Shown: piece after piece, positions 10,630 to 20,516 of the stretch
How positions within the stretch are numbered: the first letter of the stretch is position 1
How the letters are laid out: each line of letters opens with the position of its first letter
NCBI GenBank assembly: GCA_963845185.1
Contig: CAWJRG010000005.1
Location: 512,001-576,000, forward strand
From: an uncultured bacterium
Lineage (GTDB): Bacteria; Oederibacteriota; PGYV01; CAWJRG01
Length of the DNA: 64,000 bases
Direction of reading: 5' to 3'
Notes under the pieces: model-generated
The model's database searches: none
Seen by the model: the letters and a program-made list of their open reading frames with translations, nothing else
What the model was told of the DNA's origin: nothing
Translations under genes and position numbers: made by a program

Positions 10630-12741
10630 TTACACAAAATTTATTTCTATTTGCGCGCCGTTGTTAATCAGCGTCGTATAACCTGCTTTTTCGCCGTTAA
10701 CCCGCAGTTCAAGCATCTTGCCTTTCATCTGGTCACGGTCTATCGGGTAGTACCTGAAAATGCTGGACAGCAATATTTGCTCGTCTTTGGCTTTTGTTTC
10801 TATATTCGCCCCGTTAATCAGGAATTCGTCTTCTGAAACTTTTTTGCCGTTCATGTAAATTTCAAAATTTTCGCTTTCTATCCCGTACAGCTTGCCGTTT
10901 ATGTACACTTCGATTTTTTTCTTCGCGGAATATTTTAATACATCCCTTATCCTGTAATAAACCGGGACGTTTTTAAACTCGACTTTATCCATGTTCCTGA
11001 TTTTATATTCCATCGAAACATCCATGCCGTTTACTTTAAGCTGGTAACTTTTCTGTTTCAAAACGACAGGTTCACCGCCGATTGTTATTATTATATCCCT
11101 TTCATTTGTGTCCCGGGCGGCAAAACCGCATTTAAGCAGGGCATCTTTAATTGTCTCTATCTTTTCCACGGATATTTCCGCCCTGTCAACGACAGGCTCA
11201 TTGATAGATATTTCCCTGCCAGCCAGAAACGCCTGCGGGTAAATTTCGGTTATTTTGCCGTTTATTTCGATTGTGGTGAAATATTCTTCAGGTATGATTG
11301 CCCTGATTGTGGCGGCCGCGTCCTCGCCGTCTTTTGTGCCTGTTATTTCTATTTTATCACCTTTTTTAATTTCATCTTCGAGCGTCTTTCCCGCGCCGTT
11401 GACATAAATCTTCGAATGCTCGCCCTTCCCGCCGCGCAGTATCTTGATCTCTTTATTAAACGTAAAAGTTATCGCGCCTCCCGGTTTGCCGTATAAATTT
11501 TTAAGTTCTATACCCCGCGCGATTACGGCGTCTATAACTTTTATCTTGCTTTCCATGTTTATAATGTAAGTTTTTTCGCCGTTGACATCCACGTCGACGA
11601 ACCCGAGCCCTCTTTTATAAAGCGCTGTTTCCAGAATACCGAGCGGGGTTATGCCTTCTGTTCCGGCAAGCGAATCGGGCAGGTTTACTATGTTCAGGAT
11701 GTTTTTGGGCAGCCTGCTTCCCACGCGCACTGCCGGCAAGCCAAGGTTTTCCGCCACTTTCTCGCGCAGGATTTCCAGCCCGCTGCCTCCGCCCACCATT
11801 ATTACTGCCTGCGGCTGTTTTAAGTTTAAATTAAAAATCCCGTCGGCAATTTCCCTTGCAAGCTCTTCGGTTTTTTCGCTTATGGCTTTTTTAAAATCCT
11901 CGTAAGCCACAAAAATTTTATTGTTGAAAATATCCTCGGTTTCAATGCCCCATTCCTTGTCGATAAACCGCTTTATCTTTTCGCCGTTTTTAAAGTCAAC
12001 AAGGAACTTATTGCATATTTCTTCTGTTATTTCATCGCCTGCCTTCGGAATCATCCCGTATGCCGTTATTTTATCCTTGTCGGTTATGGCTATATCCGAT
12101 GTGCCTGCGCCGACGTCGACAAGGGCCAGGTTCAGGAGCCTCATGTCTTCCGGTATGGTAACGTAAAGCGCTGCAATTGGTTCCAGGGTTATTGCCTCTA
12201 TTTCGAGCGAGCAGTTTTTCAGCACGCCAAGCAGGCTGTCAAAGACAATTTTCGGCAGGAAAGTGACTATTGTGTTTATATAAAATTTTTCTTTTGCAAT
12301 TTGCTGCAAGGGGTTTTTTATTGTCTGTCCGTCTATCATGTAAAACACCGGAGAAAAACCCACGCAGTAATAATCTGTTTTTTTCTTTTCAATAATGGCG
12401 GTGTGGGCGGCGCGCACGCTTTCAAGCTCAATATAAGACAAGTCTTCCCTGGTAATTTCCCCTTTTTTGTCCATCGTGGCTTCGGCAATTTCGGTGTGCA
12501 GATTTCTGCCGGCAAGTGCCGTGGTAACCTTGCTTATTGTAATATTGTTTCTTGCCTCAAGTTCTTTTTTTATCCTGCCAACTATATTGCTTACTTCCTC
12601 TATATTATGTATCTGCCCATCGAGCATTGCCCTGCTTTCATGCTCGCGGACCACTGCGTCTATTATGCAGACTTTCCCGTCCCTAATATCGCCCAGTATG
12701 CCTGCAACTTTTCTGGTTCCTATATCAAGCGCAAAAACCAT
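10630..12741 (-). CDS. Long FtsA/PilM-like actin-fold ATPase with repetitive C-terminal extension
   Basis: ALDIGTRKV, LVDVGAGTSD, VGGGS motifs; about 320-aa C-terminus of repeated xNG beta-grasp-like units. Alternative start at 12762. Confidence 0.8.
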   Translation of the reverse strand: MVFALDIGTRKVAGILGDIRDGKVCIIDAVVREHESRAMLDGQIHNIEEVSNIVGRIKKELEARNNITISKVTTALAGRNLHTEIAEATMDKKGEITREDLSYIELESVRAAHTAIIEKKKTDYYCVGFSPVFYMIDGQTIKNPLQQIAKEKFYINTIVTFLPKIVFDSLLGVLKNCSLEIEAITLEPIAALYVTIPEDMRLLNLALVDVGAGTSDIAITDKDKITAYGMIPKAGDEITEEICNKFLVDFKNGEKIKRFIDKEWGIETEDIFNNKIFVAYEDFKKAISEKTEELAREIADGIFNLNLKQPQAVIMVGGGSGLEILREKVAENLGLPAVRVGSRLPKNILNIVNLPDSLAGTEGITPLGILETALYKRGLGFVDVDVNGEKTYIINMESKIKVIDAVIARGIELKNLYGKPGGAITFTFNKEIKILRGGKGEHSKIYVNGAGKTLEDEIKKGDKIEITGTKDGEDAAATIRAIIPEEYFTTIEINGKITEIYPQAFLAGREISINEPVVDRAEISVEKIETIKDALLKCGFAARDTNERDIIITIGGEPVVLKQKSYQLKVNGMDVSMEYKIRNMDKVEFKNVPVYYRIRDVLKYSAKKKIEVYINGKLYGIESENFEIYMNGKKVSEDEFLINGANIETKAKDEQILLSSIFRYYPIDRDQMKGKMLELRVNGEKAGYTTLINNGAQIEINFV

Positions 12742-12783
12742 TTTTCTCCCCTTTTCATGCAAGATCGGTCATGTGGTACCGGC

Positions 12784-13404
12784 TCATGCCCTAATTACCG
12801 AAAGCAGTACCTTGACTGACGGTATATCAGGCACTAAAAGCAGATACCCTTTTATTACTTCGTCGTTTGCCGCTGAAAACTGGGTCTCAACGCATAATAT
12901 ATTGTTTGAAAGCCCTTCCACTCCCTCGCCTATGGATGTCAAAATAGCAGAGGCTATGTCAAAAACCAGGTTCGGCACCGAAGGCAGCAGCAAAATACCC
13001 AGGAATTCATTTAAAGCATTTAAGTAAGCGCCTGCCAGTATATTTCCTGTTTCTTTAATCGCCGAACTTCCTATTTCCGAAAGGACTTTTGTAGTGCCTG
13101 ATTTTTTTTGCAGAAGCATGTCGGCAAGCGACAGCGCGCTTTCCCGCGTTAACAAAAGCACTATTTTTGCTGTTATATCTCCCAGCACATTCATCACAAT
13201 GCCGGCAACAAGGCTGTTTGCATCGCCTATAAGCCCTGAAATGTCGGTGAGTTTAATCACCTTGACCTCCGGGACTGTTATCATTATCTTTCTTTTTATA
13301 AGCTGGGACATCGCTGTTGCCGCATGCCCGGCTCCTATATTTCCAACCTCTTTTAGCGCGTCCACCTGAGCGTCTGTTAAGTTAAGCAAAATTTCGTCTG
13401 ACAT
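12784..13404 (-). CDS. cheC: Chemotaxis phosphatase CheC
   Basis: Two ExxN motifs (ALKEVGNIG, AIKETGNIL). Confidence 0.92.
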   Translation of the reverse strand: MSDEILLNLTDAQVDALKEVGNIGAGHAATAMSQLIKRKIMITVPEVKVIKLTDISGLIGDANSLVAGIVMNVLGDITAKIVLLLTRESALSLADMLLQKKSGTTKVLSEIGSSAIKETGNILAGAYLNALNEFLGILLLPSVPNLVFDIASAILTSIGEGVEGLSNNILCVETQFSAANDEVIKGYLLLVPDIPSVKVLLSVIRA

Positions 13405-13460
13405 TTTTCTCCAATCGTTGTTATCGTTTTATATAACTGTTAGCGGCCGTTGAAACGGGA

Positions 13461-15407
13461 TTAAATCAACGCCGGCACATCCACTATAAGGCTTATTTTC
13501 CCGTCGCCCAGTATTGTAACTCCTGAAAAACCTCTGGCATATCTTAGAAATTCCCCGAGGCTTTTTATCGCGATTTCCTGCTGTCCCATGACCTCGTCTA
13601 TTTCCAGGGCTATCTTTTTGTCCCTGACTTCCACTATGACTATATTGACTATTTCTTTTTCTTTCCGTTCCTTTTTCAAAAGTTCCGCGAGGCTTATTAT
13701 AGGTATAACTTCGCTTCTCAATATTATCACGCGTTTTTCCTGTATTAATTTTATTTCGGCAGCCGGAATTTCAAGCGTTTCAGTTGTATGGATTACAGGA
13801 AGCGCATATATGTTGCCGCTCGATTTTATAAGCAGGGCTTGTATAATAGCAAGCGTTAAAGGCAATTTCAATGTAAATTTTGTTCCTTCGCCCGGAAAAT
13901 TTTCAATTTTAAAAGTCCCGCCAAAAGATTCCACTTTCGTTTTTACCACATCCACGCCCACACCCCTGCCTGACATTTTATCGGCCTTGTCAACGGTGGA
14001 AAAACCCGGCAATGCTATAAGGCTTATTGCCTCTTCATCGGTTAATGACTTTACCTTTTCTTCCGTCATTATGTTTTTTTCCAGTGCTTTTTTACGGACT
14101 TTTGAAACATCAATACCTCTGCCGTCGTCCGAGACTTCTATTAAAACAGAGTTTCTTTCCCTTCTCGCAGAAATCCTGATAAGGCCCTTTTTATTTTTTC
14201 CCAGGTTGGTGCGCGCTTCGGGCGGCTCAACGCCGTGGCCAACAGCATTCCTTATAAGGTGTATCATCGGCTCTGTTATTTCTTCAAGGAGAGTCCTGTC
14301 GATTTCAATATCGCCCCCTGTTATTTCAACCTCAATTTCTTTTCCCGCTTCCTGCGCCATGTCCCTTATCATTCTGGGATACCTTTCAAAAATATGGGAT
14401 ACGGGCAGCATCCTCACCTGCGTGACCTCAACCTGCAGTTCGTCTATTATCCTGTCAAGCTCGGTTGTTGTCTCTAAAAGCTGGTTGTATTTTTTTTCTT
14501 TGGATATCTGGTCAAGCCTTATTTTATTTATTACAAGCTCTCCGACAAGGTTCATCATGATGTCCAGTTTGTCGATATTTACCCTGACGCTTTGCGAAGC
14601 CGCTGCTTCTTTTTTTCCCTTATCTTTCGCCTTATCCTCCGTATCTTTTATACTGGTGGCAACGGCCGGGCTTTCTTTCACTTCATCAACCGCGACTTTT
14701 TCGATCTCGGCTATTTTTAAAAGGATTTTTTCCACATCTTCCCGGGCAATTTGAGATATAAAAACAAGAAAAAAAGAATTGTCAAAATTTCCTTCCTCAA
14801 TGTCCTTTGCGGGTGGGCTTGATTTGATTATTTCACCTTTCTCGGATAAATTTCTGAACACCATAAAAGCCCTTACATTTTTGAAAACGCAGCCTTTTGC
14901 TATATTTACTTTTACTTTGTATATTTTTAAATTTTGAGCCTGCGCTTCTTTAATGACGTTTTCTTCAACTTCAATGTCTATTTCTGCAGCTTTATTTTCT
15001 TCATTTTTTTTTATTGCTTCGGCTTCGTTCGAAAGCATGTTTTTGATGTCTTTTATTATATCCTTGTAATCGTCCGTAGTATCCATATTCTGACGTAATA
15101 TGCTTTCTATAAATTTATCCAGCGTATCCACGCTTTTAAACAGTAAATTTATTACGGAATCATCCATGGCCATTTTTCCGTCCCTTATCCTGTCCATGAC
15201 TTCTTCAAGCATATGTGTAAACTCCGCCAGCCTGTCGTAACCCATGGTGGCAGCCATGCCTTTTAACGTGTGGGATGAGCGGAAAAGTTCGTTTAAGGGC
15301 GTAATGTCGCTGATGTTTTTTTCAAGCACGAGCAGGGCATTATTCATGTTTTTTATGTGGTCTTTTGCTTCCTCTATGAAAATATCCTTGTAATTTTCGA
15401 CGTCCAT
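13461..15407 (-). CDS. cheA: Histidine kinase CheA
   Basis: Hpt HTLKGM, P2, HLIRNAVGHG, DDGRG, SGRGVG, C-terminal CheW-like domain. Confidence 0.97.
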   Translation of the reverse strand: MDVENYKDIFIEEAKDHIKNMNNALLVLEKNISDITPLNELFRSSHTLKGMAATMGYDRLAEFTHMLEEVMDRIRDGKMAMDDSVINLLFKSVDTLDKFIESILRQNMDTTDDYKDIIKDIKNMLSNEAEAIKKNEENKAAEIDIEVEENVIKEAQAQNLKIYKVKVNIAKGCVFKNVRAFMVFRNLSEKGEIIKSSPPAKDIEEGNFDNSFFLVFISQIAREDVEKILLKIAEIEKVAVDEVKESPAVATSIKDTEDKAKDKGKKEAAASQSVRVNIDKLDIMMNLVGELVINKIRLDQISKEKKYNQLLETTTELDRIIDELQVEVTQVRMLPVSHIFERYPRMIRDMAQEAGKEIEVEITGGDIEIDRTLLEEITEPMIHLIRNAVGHGVEPPEARTNLGKNKKGLIRISARRERNSVLIEVSDDGRGIDVSKVRKKALEKNIMTEEKVKSLTDEEAISLIALPGFSTVDKADKMSGRGVGVDVVKTKVESFGGTFKIENFPGEGTKFTLKLPLTLAIIQALLIKSSGNIYALPVIHTTETLEIPAAEIKLIQEKRVIILRSEVIPIISLAELLKKERKEKEIVNIVIVEVRDKKIALEIDEVMGQQEIAIKSLGEFLRYARGFSGVTILGDGKISLIVDVPALI

Positions 15408-15416
15408 TTGTACCCT

Positions 15417-16469
15417 CTATCTTTTCTCTATGGCGTCAATTATGGCTTCGGTTACTTTGTCGACAGAAACAACCACGTCCACTATTCCTTTATCAACGGC
15501 AGCTTTGGGCATGCCGTAAATAACCGAAGTTTCCTTGTCCTGCGCTATTATGATTCCATTTTTTTCTTTTACCTTTTCAAGGCCGGCTGCCCCGTCTTTT
15601 CCCATGCCTGTCAGGACGACGCCTATTATCCTGCCCTTAAAATTTTCCGCCACCGAAAAAAAAGTCATGTCCGCCGACGGCCTTACCCCAGACCTGAACG
15701 GTTTCTGGTTTAAGTCTATGGAATACATGTTGTTTCCGTTTTCTTTTATTTCCATATGGTAATTGCCGGGTGCAAGGTATGCCATGCCTGTTTTTATCAC
15801 GTCGTCCTGCGCCGCTTCTTTCACGGTTATTATCGACTGGTCGTTAAGTCTGTCGGCCAGTGTTTTTGTAAATCCGGGCGACATATGTTGTACTATTAAA
15901 AAACTGGCAGGAATATCGCGTGGTATGCGCGGCACAATATCGCTTAATGCTTTTGGACCGCCTGTTGACGCCGCGATTACAACCATTATATCCTGTTCTA
16001 TTTCATGTTTTTTTTCATACTTTTTCTTTTCTATATTCGCAGGGGTTATGAATACGAGCTTTGAAGGGTCGACCATTTTTGCGGTTTTTATTTTATCAAG
16101 AAGTTCGCCTTGGATTTTTTTTATGTCTATTGATATTTCGCCGGATGGTTTGCAGACAAAATCAACAGCGCCGTATTCCAGCGCCTGCAGGGTTATTTCC
16201 GCTCCCTTGGGGGTATAAGCCGAAACCATGATCACGGGCGTCGGCGCTTCACTCATTATATAGCCGAGCGTCTGAAGGCCGTTAAGCCTGGGCATTTCAA
16301 CATCGAGGGTAATAACGTCCGGCTTAAGTTCCCGTAATTTTTTCAGCGCCTCGTTGCCGTCTTTTGCAGTGCCTATGACTTCGATTTCCTTGTTTTCTTC
16401 AAGCATCTGCGATATTACCTTGCGCATAAAAGATGAATCGTCAACAACAAGGACTTTTATCATATCCAT
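15417..16469 (-). CDS. cheB: Methylesterase CheB
   Basis: Receiver domain plus ASTGGP, QHM, LTGMGKDG. Confidence 0.97.
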   Translation of the reverse strand: MDMIKVLVVDDSSFMRKVISQMLEENKEIEVIGTAKDGNEALKKLRELKPDVITLDVEMPRLNGLQTLGYIMSEAPTPVIMVSAYTPKGAEITLQALEYGAVDFVCKPSGEISIDIKKIQGELLDKIKTAKMVDPSKLVFITPANIEKKKYEKKHEIEQDIMVVIAASTGGPKALSDIVPRIPRDIPASFLIVQHMSPGFTKTLADRLNDQSIITVKEAAQDDVIKTGMAYLAPGNYHMEIKENGNNMYSIDLNQKPFRSGVRPSADMTFFSVAENFKGRIIGVVLTGMGKDGAAGLEKVKEKNGIIIAQDKETSVIYGMPKAAVDKGIVDVVVSVDKVTEAIIDAIEKR

Positions 16470-16475
16470 GTATTG

Positions 16476-16841
16476 TCAATTCTCCTGCAAAGTTCTGTCC
16501 ACCGCTTCCAAGACCCTTGTCGGCTGGAACGGTTTGATTACAAAATCTTTCGCGCCGGCCTGGATGGCCTCAATCACCATGGCCTGCTGCCCCATGGCGC
16601 TGCACATCAGGATTTTTGCGTTTGCGTCGGCTTTCAATATTTCCTTGACCGCCTGTATTCCGTCCATTTCGGGCATTATTATGTCCATTGTTACAAGGTC
16701 TGGTTTTAATTCTTTGTATTTTTCAACAGCCTCCCTGCCGTTCGATGCCTCCCCTATTATTTCAAGCTCCTTTTTCTTAAGTATATTTTTCAGGATATTT
16801 CTCATAAATTTCGTGTCGTCAACTATCAATACGGTTTTCAA
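16476..16841 (-). CDS. cheY: Response regulator CheY
   Basis: Single receiver: VDD, MDIIMP, CSAMGQQ, KPF. Confidence 0.93.
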   Translation of the reverse strand: MKTVLIVDDTKFMRNILKNILKKKELEIIGEASNGREAVEKYKELKPDLVTMDIIMPEMDGIQAVKEILKADANAKILMCSAMGQQAMVIEAIQAGAKDFVIKPFQPTRVLEAVDRTLQEN

Positions 16842-17334
16842 TTTTCCCGACCTCCATATTGTTATTATTCATAATTTCTTTTTCCGCAATTTCTTTGAGC
16901 CCGGCCTGTTCTTCGGATGTAAATATTTTTTCAATGTCGAGCAGTATTATTATTCTTTCATCTATTTTGACTATTTTTTCGATATACATGCTTCCCGGGC
17001 CTGTTATTGCCGGCGGTGAAGGCAGTATATTGTCGTCTTTTATGTTTAAAACCTGCGACACATTGTCGACAGTCACGCCCACAAACTGGTTTTTATAAAA
17101 TTCCAATATTATTATCCTTGTTGTCTTGTCCTTTTCCTTGTCTTCCATGTTAAACCTTTTTCTTAAGTCTATAATGGGTATTATTTTGCCCCTTAAATTA
17201 ATCACACCCGTTATGAAAGGCGGCGCAGTCGGCACAACTGTTATTTCCTTGACCCTTATAATCTCTATAACCTTCATTATATCAAAGGCGAACTCTTCGT
17301 CTTTTAAGTTAAATACCACTATCTTTTTTTCCAT
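16819..17334 (-). CDS. cheW: Coupling protein CheW
   Basis: GVINLRGKIIPIIDL. Confidence 0.95.
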   Translation of the reverse strand: MEKKIVVFNLKDEEFAFDIMKVIEIIRVKEITVVPTAPPFITGVINLRGKIIPIIDLRKRFNMEDKEKDKTTRIIILEFYKNQFVGVTVDNVSQVLNIKDDNILPSPPAITGPGSMYIEKIVKIDERIIILLDIEKIFTSEEQAGLKEIAEKEIMNNNNMEVGKIENRIDS

Positions 17335-17336
17335 AT

Positions 17337-18650
17337 TTATCTTTCCTTTACTTTGTCAAACCTGAATTTGTTTACGAGTGTCTTGAGTACCTCGGCTGTC
17401 TGCGCAAGTTCCTGGGCCTGGGCTGCTATTTCTTGCATTGATGCTGTCTGCTGTTCGGTCGAGGCTGATGCCTGCTGGGTGCCTGCAGCTGTTTCTTCGG
17501 CGACTGCGGCTATTTCTTCCACGGCTTTTACAACTTTATCTGTATCTTCCGCCTGCGCCTTTGTTAGATTGAAAATCTCATGCGTTAAATCAACAACTTT
17601 TGTTACAACTGTGTCTATTTCAAGCAAAGCGTCGCCGCTCTGCTTTACGACAAGTTTTCCTTCCTCGGTTTCTTTGGCTCCCGTCATAATCGCCTGTACG
17701 ACGCTTTCGGTCTTATCGTGTATGTCTTCAACAAGTCTTGCGATTTCCTTTGCTGCCTGTGCAGACCCTTCGGCAAGTTTCCTCACTTCGTCGGCGACTA
17801 CGGCAAATCCTCGCCCCGCGTCTCCGGCGCGTGCAGCCTCTATTGCGGCATTTAACGCGAGAAGATTCGTTTCATCGGCTATCTCGGTGATTATGTTGAC
17901 TATTTCCTCTATTTTTTCGGAATAACTTCTTAATTCTATTATTGAATTTTTTGCCTTATCGGTCACGGCAACAATATCATCGATTTTTTTTACTGTCTCG
18001 TTGACAGCTGTCAGGCCGTTTGTTGTAGCGGTTTTTGCCGCGGTTGCCACGCCGAGCACCTCTTCCGACTTTTGCGCGACTTTCTGTATTGACTGGGACA
18101 TATTTTCCATTATTCTCGATGTTTCTACTGTCCTTTCGGCTTGTTGCTCGACGCCGCGGGCTATCTGCTGTACCGTGGATGTTATTTCTTCCGATGAAGC
18201 GTTGATTTCTTCCGTAGATGAAGAAAGATTCTCGGCAAGGGATAATATATGATCGGTCGAGCTTGCTACCTGTGTAACTATATTTTTTATCCCCTCGATT
18301 GTCTTGGTTATCTCCTGGACAATTTTCCTGAAAAGGCCGGTTTCTTTTTCCCAGCTGACCGTAAGGTCTCCTTCTGCCACTTTTGTCAGTTTGCCAGATA
18401 TTTCTGTAATTTTATCCGTGATTATCCTCATGGTCATTAAAATATTTATTACAGCGATAACTACGCCCATTATAAATCCGAGCAAAATGACGTTATAACT
18501 AAATCGATGCGTCATTACCGAAGCGCTTATTGCGAATATATCCCCGAGTATTACCCATATGGTTATATTAATTAGCGCCATTTTCACCATCGGGTCCATT
18601 CTATCTGTTAGTCTTTTGCCTTTTCCATTTTTTGCTTCTTCTGCGGCCAT
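17337..18650 (-). CDS. Methyl-accepting chemotaxis protein (2 TM, HAMP, no periplasmic sensor)
   Basis: [33 protein letters not shown] hairpin tip; two TM helices separated by about 8 residues. Confidence 0.95.
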   Translation of the reverse strand: MAAEEAKNGKGKRLTDRMDPMVKMALINITIWVILGDIFAISASVMTHRFSYNVILLGFIMGVVIAVINILMTMRIITDKITEISGKLTKVAEGDLTVSWEKETGLFRKIVQEITKTIEGIKNIVTQVASSTDHILSLAENLSSSTEEINASSEEITSTVQQIARGVEQQAERTVETSRIMENMSQSIQKVAQKSEEVLGVATAAKTATTNGLTAVNETVKKIDDIVAVTDKAKNSIIELRSYSEKIEEIVNIITEIADETNLLALNAAIEAARAGDAGRGFAVVADEVRKLAEGSAQAAKEIARLVEDIHDKTESVVQAIMTGAKETEEGKLVVKQSGDALLEIDTVVTKVVDLTHEIFNLTKAQAEDTDKVVKAVEEIAAVAEETAAGTQQASASTEQQTASMQEIAAQAQELAQTAEVLKTLVNKFRFDKVKER

Positions 18651-19132
18651 TATAGTTCTTTTACCCCTTCTTTAAAACTTTTTATAATCGCTTTCTTGTC
18701 GGCAATCCGGAATTCTATAGTCCTTCCGTAATTGCTGCCGGTATCTTCCGCTACAATTGGTATAGCTTTTGCAGACAATAATTCCTTTGTTTTTTTGATG
18801 TTTCTTTCTCCTATCGGCGCAGACTCGGTCTCAATATCAAACATCTTTGCGCCGCCGAATATTTTAGCCTCTATATTTTTAATACTCGCACCCATTCTAA
18901 TAATTTCTTTTATCAGGTTATCCATCCCGCTGTCCAGATACTTGTTGTCATCAAATGAATTTTTTTTTGTTTTAGGCTTTTCGGGAAGCATCGCATGAAG
19001 CATGCCGGCAATGGCGTTGTATTTGTCGTAGCATACGACTACAATACACGAACCAATACCGAAAGCCGCAAGCACTTCGTCATTTTTCCCTGTCCTCAGT
19101 TCGCCTATCCCGACTCGTGTATAATCCGCCAT
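18650..19132 (-). CDS. cheD: Receptor deamidase CheD
   Basis: GIGSC, HAMLP, FGGAKMF, IGERN, EDTG..GR. Confidence 0.94.
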   Translation of the reverse strand: MADYTRVGIGELRTGKNDEVLAAFGIGSCIVVVCYDKYNAIAGMLHAMLPEKPKTKKNSFDDNKYLDSGMDNLIKEIIRMGASIKNIEAKIFGGAKMFDIETESAPIGERNIKKTKELLSAKAIPIVAEDTGSNYGRTIEFRIADKKAIIKSFKEGVKEL

Positions 19133-19138
19133 TAAACA

Positions 19139-19762
19139 TTAAACACCCTTTATAGTATTATTAAGGGCTTCCAGGATCCTGATCATCGCATCTTTATCAG
19201 GAATTAAATAAAAAGATGTCCCTATTTTTGTGCCTGTTACCACTATCTCGTTTTCTATCAGTAGCGCTTCGCCGCCGGCCTCCGCCATCTCGGCCGAAAC
19301 CGTCTCAAAAATAGCCTCGGGCATATCTATAGCAAGCGCCGGAACAGAAGGCACGGAATTTAACCGGATAAATTTAGCTATTGAATTAAGGTACGACGAA
19401 ACGATTATATTCCCGATTTCTTTTAAGGCAGATTGTTCGGTTTCCCCAAATTGCTTTGTTTCTCCCGGTTTTTTCCTCATAAGCATGTCGAGTAGTAAAA
19501 ATATCTTATCCTGTGGCAACATGAACAATGCCCTGCCTGTTATATCTCCGAATATTCTTAAATAAACTGCCGCAACTATTTTCCCCTGTTTGTCGCTTTT
19601 TTGCACTATTTTTTCGACAGGCACAAAATCAATATTCGGTATATTAAGCGTCATGTCCCGTCCAAGCAATTGCGACAGTGCCGTTGCCGCATTTCCTGCG
19701 CCCACATTGCTCAATTCACGCAGGGCGTCTTTTTGAAAATCGGTTAGTTTCAATTCCTCCAT
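19139..19762 (-). CDS. cheC: Second CheC phosphatase
   Basis: ALRELSNVG and ALKEIGNII motifs. Confidence 0.9.
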   Translation of the reverse strand: MEELKLTDFQKDALRELSNVGAGNAATALSQLLGRDMTLNIPNIDFVPVEKIVQKSDKQGKIVAAVYLRIFGDITGRALFMLPQDKIFLLLDMLMRKKPGETKQFGETEQSALKEIGNIIVSSYLNSIAKFIRLNSVPSVPALAIDMPEAIFETVSAEMAEAGGEALLIENEIVVTGTKIGTSFYLIPDKDAMIRILEALNNTIKGV

Positions 19763-19764
19763 AT

Positions 19765-20130
19765 TCAGCCCCCGATTATTTTTTTAACTGTTTCAAGCAC
19801 ATTTGACTGGTCAAACGGCTTTACTATATAGTCTTTCGCGCCTGCCTGTATTGCTTCTATAACAAGCGCCTGCTGTCCTATTGCGCTGCATATAAGGATA
19901 TTTGCCGCCGGGAACTCGACGATGATTTCTCTTATCGTATCTATGCCTCCCATTTCAGGCATAACCATATCGGAAATCAGCAGATCGGGCTTTAATTCAC
20001 TGTACTTCGCGACAGCTTCCCTGCCGTTCTGGCACTCGGCTACCACTTCATAACCGCCTGCCGTAAGGATGTTTTTCAGCATCATCCTCATAAAAGCCGC
20101 ATCATCGGCTATTATTATCTTCTTGGCCAT
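19765..20130 (-). CDS. cheY: Second CheY
   Basis: ADDAAFMRMML, SDMVMP, KPF. Confidence 0.92.
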   Translation of the reverse strand: MAKKIIIADDAAFMRMMLKNILTAGGYEVVAECQNGREAVAKYSELKPDLLISDMVMPEMGGIDTIREIIVEFPAANILICSAIGQQALVIEAIQAGAKDYIVKPFDQSNVLETVKKIIGG

Positions 20131-20165
20131 AGACTACCTCCCAATATATGCTAAATGTTTAAATT

Positions 20166-20516
20166 TTACTGAAGCGCGTCTTCGTCACGCTCTCCTGTAC
20201 GTATTCTTATTATGCCGGTAATTTCGCTTATAAATATTTTACCATCGCCTATCCTGCCCGTCCTTATTGACGAGATTATTGCATCTATTATTCCCTGAAT
20301 ATCGTCTTCTTTGGCGACTATTTCGATCCTTATTTTTGGCAAAAATTCTATAGATAGTTCCTTTACATTTTTGCTTTTTACAGCGTTTAACTTGCTTTTT
20401 TGAAACCCATACCCTTCCACATTTGATATCGTTACTCCGCAAACCCCCGTTTCAATGAGCTTTTGTTTCAGTGCTTCAAATTTTGCAGGTTGTATTATTG
20501 CTGTTATCTTTTTCAT
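20166..20516 (-). CDS. P-II family signal transduction protein with divergent T-loop
   Basis: MKKITAII, FLPK, TGRIGDGKIF, RIRTGE; overlaps the upstream TPR gene by 4 nt. Confidence 0.92.
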   Translation of the reverse strand: MKKITAIIQPAKFEALKQKLIETGVCGVTISNVEGYGFQKSKLNAVKSKNVKELSIEFLPKIRIEIVAKEDDIQGIIDAIISSIRTGRIGDGKIFISEITGIIRIRTGERDEDALQ

